Both the position numbers and the translations under genes were made by a program. A stretch of DNA of 59,642 bases, counting the filler, from Circinaria calcarea (lineage: Eukaryota): the NCBI GenBank assembly GCA_051942165.1. It is 5 parts of 5 records of this genome, joined end to end, with 100 filler letters (N's around TTAATTAATTAA, not from the genome) between each part and the next. Parts side by side here need not be neighbours in the genome. Positions count along the whole stretch, not along the records: positions 47,807 to 59,642 come from JAVECS010000636.1; 4 more parts are not named here. The stretch is one strand, 5' to 3'. Under the pieces are notes generated by a model. It searched no databases and was not told the DNA's origin. It saw nothing but the letters and a program-made list of their open reading frames with translations. Shown here in pieces: positions 49,938-59,642 of this stretch (position 1 is the stretch's first letter; each line of letters starts with the position of its first letter).

Positions 49938-50269
49938 GTTGTCGAGACAGAAGGTAGGTTGATAGCGAAGGAGGGATTCGGTGATCCCGCAAAGCGCGTG
50001 AACAAAGACCTGTTAGAACAACAGTAAGGAGAATTCCTATAGCTGTATCACTGCGTATATGGCATTCATGGAAGACGCTAAATGCACCGAGAGCAATTCA
50101 TTGCGAATGGTTTAGGGGAAAGGTAGATAAAGTGATAGTTTTGACATTGTCTTCCATTTTCTCGCGTCCACCTGCGGCCGGGATCAACCGAGCGATCTCC
50201 AAGCTCCAACCTCACCTCACCAGCCCTACCCAGCACCGGCAGCCCTTTCAGCTCCCCAGTGCACCCACA

Positions 50270-50993
50270 ATGGCTGCCCGAGCACCATTGTGAGTCCTCC
50301 AACCTCAATCAAGTATCTTCTCATATTTCCCCCCCCCCATACTAATATCAATTTTCCTACAGATTCAACCAGCAAGTCCTCCTCGACACCACCCCCCTCC
50401 CACCCTCCATCCCCAAAGTCACCGAGATAGGCGCCAGCTCCGCACCCCTCCTCAGCGCATCCTACTTTATCGGCGCGCGATGCAAACCTTACGGCGATGA
50501 CTACATGCTGTGCAAGGAGAACGCGCACGGGAAGGGGGAATTGGACTGCTTGAGGGAGGGGAGGAAGGTCACGAGGTGTGCGGCTAGTGTGTGAGTGAAC
50601 CTCTCATACTTTGGAATCGGGAGGGACTATTGGTCGAGATGGAGAAGCTGTGGATGGGCAATAGCATGGAGGAGGGTAGGCAACGATCATAGCTGACAGG
50701 AAATCTCAACAAAGGTTAAATGATATCAACAAGTCATGCCTGGAGGAGTTCCGGAAGCACTGGGAGTGCTTGGATAAGAACAATCAGCAATTATGGCAGT
50801 GCAGAAGACCGGAGCTGAAACTCAACTCCTGTGTGTTTGACAAGCTGGTAGGTCGAATGTACTCCCCGCATATAATTGACAAGGCTCACTCACGAACTCG
50901 GCCTAGCAACTCGAGAAAACCATTCCTGGAACACCCGCCGGAGAGACGCCTGTGCATTTACGCAAGCGGCAGATTTATTCGCAGAACTTCTAG
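50270..50993 (+). CDS. NADH:ubiquinone oxidoreductase 20.8 kDa subunit (NDUFA8), 4 exons
   Basis: FNQQVLLDTTPLPPSIPKVTEIGASSAPLLSASYFIGARCKPYGDDYMLCK...CLREGRKVTRCA|...CLEEFRKHWECL...WQCR; CX9C pattern. Confidence 0.95.
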
Positions 50994-51509
50994 TCCTCAC
51001 TCGGTGTTATAACGGCGTTCGTGAGCTTTTGTAAATAGGGTGTTTCGAGAAAACTTGTTTCAAGCTACCTATTGAAAATGCACATTGTGAATGTCAAGTC
51101 TATGATACAATCGCCGTGCATCAATCACGAGTATTTTTCGAAAGTCTCCATATTTGAACTGCCTTAAAACACCTGCCTCCCTTCTCAAAAGCTAGTGCAA
51201 ACATTGAACTCTTTCCTAGATGCAGCAGGTAACATTTCAGTATCCACATAGAATCCAGTAGAGTTATCACCAATGGATCACCAATGGTTGCGTCATATCG
51301 TCCTCCCACAAGACATGAAGGTCTTGTTAGGCGTCCCAGCCATTTGTCCAAATCCAATAGAAGGGTATCTTGAAAATCGGATGCAACGCCTGAAACGCAG
51401 AGGCTTGAAAGCGGGTAGCGGATGGTGACAAGATACCAGAGGAACGAGTGTCGTCTAGAACGAAATGGGCAAGAGTTTAGTTGCTGTAGCATTCCACCTT
51501 ACACTCAAT

Positions 51510-54500
51510 TTACCGGCTTAATGAAGAAATCTCTCGTGCTCTTCTCGTCAAGGGAGGGATCAGGCGTAAGATAGGGTCTCGCGGATCATTCTCAGCAATT
51601 CGCATGAATTGACCTTCCAGCCGCTGACAAAGGACGTCCATGATCTTCGGTGCTACTTCACGGATATCCGGATCCTACATAATGTCAAAGGTTAGTGCCT
51701 TAGCATGGCAATGAGCAAGTTTTCAATACTAACCCTAGGGTCAATTGTGGAAATCACAGTCTCAAGCCATTCCAGCCGTTCCGAAATGTTGGTCTCGAGT
51801 GACGCCGTGACAGCTGCACCAACTGACAAAGTTACCAGTGCTTGACACTGCTTGAGATACGCTGGGTTGCACTTGATGAAGAACTCGTCGAAGAGATCGG
51901 CTTGTTGGTTCGATTGAAGCCACTGTTTTGTTAGTCATCAATCAGATTCCGTGGCCTAGATTACCAACCTGAATCGTGCCTTCTTCAAATCGACCTTCCT
52001 TCATTAGAGATGTTATCCTATCTAACTCCTCTTGCTCAGGTGATGCAGCTGGCTCCGGAGACTCGCTAGGTGCAAGCGATTTTTGTTGATGCTGGGCTGA
52101 AGCATTCCTAGTGGAGCTTCCTTGGCGATCTTGCCATGACTGTTGCTGTAGCTTAAGAATCTCTGATTGAAATTCAGACTGTGCCGCTGCCATTGTATGG
52201 ACGGTCTCAGAAAGACCTCGCACAAGAGCTGTTAGCTGATCAATCTTAGTACTGTCGTTTCGATGTTGCAATTCTGCCTGATGTATCTGCTCGCCGACAC
52301 GACGCTCAGTCTCTGCATTCAATTTCTGTGCCGTATTAATCACCCCCTTCTGAAATGTAGGGGTGATGGTATTGTGAAGGACAGTTGAGAAATCCTTTTC
52401 GACATGACTTGTGACTCTACTAGTTACTTGATCTGAGATAGCTCGGAGTACATCCGGGTCCTGTACCGCCTTGCTGATGGCGTCGGACAATGTTGACTTG
52501 AGTTGGGAAGGAATTTTATCCCGGAGTTGCTCAGCAAGGATTTCCGAGATCTTTTTGTCCAGGGTGGAAGACGTGATGTTAGCGATGGACGGCAAGACCA
52601 CTTGCTGTATACTAGTACTAATGTGCCGGGACAGTGCCTTGTCAACGTTTTCCGTCAAACTCAGTGACACCAAACGAAGTACGGCGTCTTGTTTTGCAGC
52701 TCCAGCTGCATCTTGGACCCGCTTATCTTCATCGAGACGTCGGTGGAGCGTATCCAACTCTTGACCGAGCACTTTGGAGAACACGCCCGATACACTTTTC
52801 TCAATCTTCTTTAGCTCCTTATCAATGAAGTCCCCGGAGATACCGACACTGATAGACTGCGCATCTAAGGCACTACGTTTAGCTTTAGTATCCGTGGATG
52901 CTGTTACTGCCTCAGGAGCATCAAGCGAGCCAGACTTGACCATGACAGGTCGCACAGCTTCACCATCTGATGTCACGCCCGTCTGCTTTGCAGGAGAACG
53001 AGCTCGCTGGGCAGCGGTGGCATATGATTCTGACACTGCAGGAGTAAATGGCGTTACAACGGAACTTGAATCTCCCGTTCCGCCACCTGCACGCTTCTTC
53101 TTTTTCTTCTCAGACTTTTCCACCGTAGCGTTCGAGGTTCCATTTGTCTGAGCAGCTTCAGCAGGCTTGGGAACATCCGCAGCAGACTCATGATCCTTTG
53201 ACTTGGAGTCGGCAGGTTTAGTTGCCTGTGTGATGGTTTGTTTTTTCGATTCCTTGGTTGTCGACTTCGAACTGACCGTAGTTGAACCTGAAAGCTCTTG
53301 GGTGGTGTCTTCGTTGGCAGACTGAGTCTCACCGAAGGACCCCGAGTGAGGTTCACGGAGTTCTTTGACAACAATGCAACCGACTTTTTCGGCTTCTACT
53401 GGGTAGAGAACCTTGCTATCTTGACTCCAACCAAGATCCTCTTTCTTGATACTTAGACATGTGACACCCTTGGAATGCATTGCATAGAGCTCAAAGAGAG
53501 CGGGGTCCTCCATATTGCTACCACCCCTCGTAGATTCATTTGATATAGGTAAGAGATCAAGACTCCGAAGCTGGCCCTTTGACAAAAAGGAGTATTCTCG
53601 TATTCCACTCATAATGGCTGTTGATTCTGGTTTTGGCAGTGACGGGTCCTTGTTCGCCAACCGTTGCACGAATTTTGATTGTGACATAGCCGGCAGGCTG
53701 TATTTGGGTGCGGATAAATGAATGAAGTATATCGAGTTACGTGTTGGGTGCCCTACCACGATGATACCGGAAGCCGGGTGATACGACACACTGCAGATTG
53801 CATCGGATTCTTTCTCGTGTGGAAAGTTTAGCTCCTGAACAGCTTTACCAAGACCAAGGTCCCACAGTTGTAACGTGTGATTTTGCTTCATTCCGACTAT
53901 GACATACCTTAGGGCGATACCTTTGGTATATGGTCGTAGCTTATCTACAAAGAGAAGGGAGGTAGGCCACGGTTTCTCATTCGGGACAGCAGTGGAAAAG
54001 GTGAGGATTGGTGTCTTGATCTCAATCGGTGCAATCTTCGACGCGGTGCCATTGGCCTGGTCTATCAGATCAGTGATATCCCAAAATCGAACCCTACCAG
54101 CTTTGTCCAGGGTGACAATCATAGTATCATCCTCACTGAACGTGAAATCCTTTCCAGCTTTTCCCGTGTTAATCTTTAAGCAGCGATCTTTGAAGTATTT
54201 CTCTGTATCAACAACGAATGTTGAGCTTACGAGGCTAGAGGCTTTGGCGTGAAGTGGAAACACTATTTGGATGGATTTGCCACGTCCTATTGCAAAGAAC
54301 TCAGGATGCCTACTACTCTTTTTGGCACGTGTTTTCAACTGGCCGCCAGAAGTGTTTTCGTCATGTGCAGGTACGGGTGGAAAAGCCAAGCCGTGCTGTT
54401 CTAGGGTCTCGTCTTTCAAACTGTCCCCACTTGGTTGGCATATGGTAGCCCAATAGACGGACCCACTGACGGCCGTCGCGACGAGAGTCTGAGTTTCATG

Positions 54501-56369
54501 AGATGGCCATTCACTACCTGGTGGAGCTGTAGATATCGAAGCGTTGAATATGCGGTCATGAGTATCTCGAAAAATTTGCCTATCCAAACCATCCTCTTGA
54601 CGAATAATTCGTAGACCACCAGGTTTCGGCATGGCATAGAGGATGAATTCGTTCGATGCCGTTGCTAAAGTACGATCAATCTGATCAAATTCTTTTTTTA
54701 AGCGCGCAATGTCCATAACAGCGTCTTCGCGGAAGTTTAGAGGTGAGATGGCATCTGGCTTAATGTCTATCGACACAAAAGGCTTTAGTGGAAAGTTGTA
54801 GACGATAACATTGACGAATGAGTCGGCCTCTTGATTTTTCGCCCGAGTTTCTGCAATTCTTTCGCCTTTTTGGTTCTCAATTCCAGCACCTTCAGCCGCA
54901 TCGTCTATTATGTCCTTTACCGCTTTGGCGACTGATTTGGGCATCGTGCTCTCCAGTAGTCCCTCGTTCCCATCTTTATCCAGTTCTTCTTTGACTTCTA
55001 CGGCAGCTTCATGCAATTGCTCCTCGACCAATTCCAGTTCAGCCTCGCGATACTCTTCAACGTCTTCGTCCTTCACCTTAATTTCATCCTGATCTGCCTC
55101 TGCCTGAGCAAGCGCATTCTCAACCTGCCTGCTAACTTGATCACCAACTTGATTGAGTGCTTCTGCCACTGTCTCTGTATCGGTAGTGGGAGCACCTATA
55201 CCCATCAAAGCGTCAAGCTGACTACGGCCGTTTGGTAAAATATCTGGCTCGGTAGATTCAATACTCTGCATTACTTCTTGCCCACTTGGCGTAAGTTTTC
55301 TTCGTGAACTTGAATGTGACGGCATTTGGGATGGTTCTTTGATCTTCCGCTTATGCCCATCCCCGTTGATCCCTTGTCCCGCGAGCTTCGATAAAGTTCG
55401 GCCTTCCTTGGAGGGCGTGTTGTTACCAGACCTGGATTTCGCGTTGCGTGGTGATGAAGCGGCAAGCTGGTCGAAGGGATTTACATAGGTAAAGATTGAT
55501 TCTTTCGCTGGTTCAACCTTTGGCATATCCTGCGGCTCGAAAGGTGTCGGTTCCTTGCTATCGTTGCTCCCGAAAATCCGAATTGGGGAGTCCTTTCTGG
55601 CTGAACGATCACCCTCAATAGAGGATGGAGGATGAACAGAAGCGTTTCCTAGAGATGTACATTCAAGGTTCTTAGACAAGGTGTCAATGGCTGCCTGAGG
55701 AGTCGCTTGGTTTGAACCTTGGCTGTCATCCCCTATCGTGAGTCCCGATGAAGTCAGGCTCTGTGCAGGCCTCGGACGAAGCAGTTGTAGTAAGAAATCT
55801 TGAGGGTTCGCGGTTGAGGTGACACCGGACCCAGGTGTTGGCACGGTACGAGGAGGAGTGTTGCCGGGCTTGGGGGACAGAGAAGCTACAAGGTCTGATG
55901 CCGATATCCCCCTTCCGTGTAAGTTGTAGGCGCTTGAATTGGGCTTTCCTTGCAGCACCCCATAGCCTGGTCGCGCATTGGAGGCTGGGGATTGAGGCTG
56001 CGTCGCAGAGCCCTGATTCGACGGAGGTGGAGCTTTGAACTTGAGCAGATTCAGGAGATGGGCAGTGCGATCTGAACCAGATTGATCAGTAGTTAGGCCA
56101 GGAGTGCCGGTCTTTGATGTTGCTGCCTGTGGGTTCATAGCTGGAGATTGAGGAGCTTGGAAGCTACTGAAGCCGGTAGGAAAGCTAGTTGATTGATTTT
56201 GGGGGTGAGAATTTTCCGAAGCACGAGTTTGTGTTGAAGTGCCGCTAAAGTCAGATGAATCCCTTGCGCCTGGAAAGTTGTTTGCGGGTGTTGTTCTGCT
56301 GCCGCCAGGAGTCAGACCAGCAAGCAAACTGCGCAAGTTTGCTGATGAGTCGTCGTCAAGTTTCGACAT
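51510..56369 (-). CDS. Pdc1/EDC4(Ge-1)-like mRNA decapping scaffold (beta-propeller + coiled coil), 3 exons
   Basis: 1475-aa first exon with FTYVNPFDQL, VYNFPLKPFVSI, IARLKKEFDQIDR, KINTGKAGKDFTFSEDD, LQLWDLGLGKAVQEL, VGHPTRNSIYFIHL; two short 3' exons ending ...REISSLSR*. Confidence 0.8.
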
Positions 56370-57166
56370 TCTGAGCGGTGCAGATGGCGCCGTGGGAGGA
56401 ATTGGGGGTGAGTGAACGGGAAATAGCAAAAGTGAGTGATGATCATTACGCTACACTTGGCTCCATTTGTAGTCCGCCGTAGGATATTCTACTCCCAAAA
56501 CCGGATGGATATAACTGCCGAAGCGCAGCCAACCGTAGGACTCCGAGACTCTCAGATACCCGAGAAAAACTAACTGTATCATACAACCAGCCAGCCTCAT
56601 ATCTCGACCGCCTCACTCACAGGGGAACGGAGAACGGCTAGTATCTAGCTAAATCTCTCCGTCTGAATATCAAAAGGTAGTCTAGGGATTTAAATGGCCA
56701 CTGGGAGGGTTGTAGGTTCTCTCAAGGTTGACTGAGATAGTCCAGAGCGGTGGTCACCTTCGGACAAGATTGATATGGACGCGATGATCAGCACTGAGTC
56801 AGGGGCTGGCCTGACTAATAATCTTTGCTAATAAGATTCCAATACCGTTGACGGCTTCTGAAGTATCTGGCTCAAGCTACTAGTAAAGCAAAAGGCATGG
56901 GATGTGTAGAACCCGCGGAGATGAATTCGCAAGGTGAAGAAGTAGATGCGTTGAGATGTGAGGGGAACAAGGATCCTAAAGGCCTAATTCATGCCTACAA
57001 ACGGGGGCATGCAACAATGCTCAGACCAACAAGTGATAGATGGCTAAGAGGATCGTATAGACACCCAAAGTCCTGCAGCACCGGGGTCTCCGCTTTTTCT
57101 CGATCACTGCCACAGACTGAGACTCAGAGTGCAACTGGGCCGGAGTTTCGCGGCAATGCCACTTGT

Positions 57167-59642
57167 CTATTCTGATTTGCTGGTCGCTAGAGCTAGATGA
57201 TGTACAATAGGCCCACGTAGTTTGTCTTTCGCTTCATCGATAAAGATACGAAGCTGGCGGCGGAGCTCGTCTAGTTGGGGATCATCGACTTCTTTGACGC
57301 TAGCCGGTGTAAAATTGAGATCGAAGTCTTGTAACACCTTTTTGAAGACCGTTTGAACATCCGCTGCGAGTTTCGCTCCGTGCTTTTCAAGCGGTTCCTC
57401 GAATGCATCTTTGATGCCCGGACATATTAGTTCAAATGGTTCACCTTTCCCGATCGCATCTTCAAAGAGGACTCGACGCTTCAAGGTAGACCCAGGACCT
57501 ACATATCTTAGTAACACTCTATAACTATCCAGTTCTTAGGATTCTTTACCGGAGAATACTACACATCGAGCATAAACCGGGGCCATTGCTCGCATGTAAA
57601 ATGAGGTCTGGTCTTCTGTGATAGCGTCAAGCTTCGCGTTTCTACATAGATTAGATCAAATGCGGTATATGTATCGGACGGCCCTTACCTGCTTGCTTCT
57701 CTCAATCCCCCCAGGAATGCGTCCAAACAGGGCTTTAGCAAAATTTTTATTGATGCAAGAGATTCCATGAAAGCATTCATAGGTATCATCGTAACATCAG
57801 GTAAAGCTATGGTGTAACATATAAGTAAAACCTCAGTCTTCACCAGTTTTGAGGTAGCCTGCTCACCACTTAAGTCATCGCGAATTGTGTCAAGAGACTG
57901 CACAAGGGACTGTTCGCATTGCTTCCGACACTCGATCAAAGTAGCATCAAATGCTGCCCAAGGATGCTCAAGGTCTTTAGTAACTGGCTCGAGGAGTTCG
58001 GCATTCCAGGAGAACTGCTTTCTGCTAGCAGTCTTGTGGTTTCCTTGGTGTTTGCACCAGGCTGTATAGGTTCCCGCAGACCACTAAAAGGAGGTAACAT
58101 GGTTAATGCAAAATTCCCAATATGGTTACAACTGACTCACCGATTGCCAGGATTCAGCTTTGACAAGTGCCAACTTAGCCCAAGAATTTTTTCGTTCTCC
58201 TGAAAGTAGTCATCGGTACGGTGGACTGCGATGGGAAGCATCAAAACGTGGTACGTACGAATTACATCTAGGATGGTTGTAGCAAGCTGTAACTTTATCT
58301 CATGCATATAGGTGGAAATCACCTCCACAACACCCTGATGCTAGAATTAGGGGTTGGCATGAGACATGAGTAATAACATACCTCGTGTGGCTTTGCAGCT
58401 ATAGCGCGAAGCTCTGCATGTCTCTTCGTAGCTGACTTAGATGTCCACATTTCCAACGAGCTGACCAAAGATGGTACCACTCCAGTGCAATGCTGCCTTA
58501 GTACCTCTAACTTACTTGCGGCTGGCAGTTTCAAGGTACTAAAGCGCAGTTCTGGAATTCCCGTCACAGCTAGCGAGACAGGTATGACATCTTCATCATA
58601 AGCTTCCCGATGAGAGTTGTATTCTGAGCTCGAGACGCAGTGAATTTGTAGCGTTTGGGAGTCAATATTCATTTCCCTGTATCTCTTGCGCATAACTCGT
58701 TTGACGTACTTACTCCTCATTCTGATAAGAGTCTCCTGGCGTCTGAAAATCATAAGCGGTGCCCTTGTAGCGTCGACAAGCCAAAAGAGCTGATTACTGA
58801 TATGAGACTTACATGACAGTCAAAGCTTTTCTCTTAAGCCTGCCTGGATGTTAGGGAAGAGCTGGGAAAAGATAGGGGAAACTGGCTTAAGTTTGCTAAC
58901 TTGCTTAGCGACCATTTGTCGCTCTCTCCCTTTGACCTTTTTGAGGCTCTGCTCAAGTTTCTTGACTTCTTTGTCGACCAGCAAGTGTGCTCTCATCAAT
59001 CTTGAAAACTCCTCTCTGTCTTCCAACGTCGCTGAAAGATCTTTGGGTTTGGTTTTAGGATTCATGTTCTAAGCTGTCAGCTCCCGTAGGTAGTGAAAAC
59101 CTAATTGTGGTACTTACATCTACCTTTGTACAGACTATGGCTTTCCTGATACCGCTTTGAGCGAGCTTCGCGTGTACCATGGTATCTGTGATGATGCGCT
59201 CGATTGGGGCAACCACATAAAGATAGGTACATTGGCGCATGTAAACTTGCGTTGAACGGACTCTCGTAGTGTTGATATCGGAGAGCCCTGCTAGCACTTA
59301 GTATTACGATTCATCAATGAAGATAAATTTAGGATTGAGTTACCCGGCATGTCAGCAACTACAAGGCCTCGACTTAAGAGGTCATTATGCAGCCGGATTC
59401 TACAAGAATGATTAAACGCAAATTTACCATATGAGAGAGAGAGAGAGGAAGAGCCATTACCTGACAACTTCGACAATAGGCCAAGGCGAAGGTACTACCT
59501 GATAGTCATCATCTTCCTCAACTGTCCTGATGAAACGTTCGAGCTTTCCCTGTATCTCTTCGATCGAAGACCCATCTCGCATCACCCGATTATGTACAAC
59601 TTTGAGGTGAGTTAATAACTCCTCTGTCCATAATATTAGCTT
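57167..59642 (-). CDS. Dynamin-N / SLIP-GC-like P-loop GTPase, multi-exon, 5'-truncated
   Basis: PWPIVEVVR|IRLHNDLLSRGLVVADMPG|LSDINTTR...YVVAPIERII...VCTKVD; later IHCVSSSEY and TGIPELR motifs typical of this fungal family. Confidence 0.8.

Overview
Genomic DNA from a filamentous ascomycete (Pezizomycotina-type genes, short GT-AG introns). The window is not contiguous. It is five unrelated ~11.8 kb contigs joined by 100-nt artificial spacers (N44-TTAATTAATTAA-N44), so adjacency across spacers means nothing. Contig 1: 3' end of AHA1, a frameshifted secreted-protein gene, FBP1 and two stretches of decayed coding sequence. Contig 2: GNAT fragment, RPR2/Rpp21, SUB2/UAP56 (with an unusually long first intron), WBP11-like, Hsp12/LEA repeat protein, roadblock/LC7 protein, a nested TIR element and the IPI1 5' end. 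Contig 3: DOA1 3' part, then about 10 kb of accessory-looking DNA. This holds three orphan RS/RG-rich coiled-coil genes (one prion-like, one frameshifted), short tandem arrays, a possible UMP-CMP kinase relic and a strongly diverged Prp43-like DEAH helicase lacking canonical motif Ia. It is the best candidate for an undescribed system. Contig 4: COX14-like, DUF2458, TMEM135-like, an AAA ATPase and low-complexity repeats. Contig 5: NUP57, NDUFA8, Pdc1/EDC4-like and a SLIP-GC/dynamin-like GTPase. All family calls are from motif recognition by eye; no database search was run.
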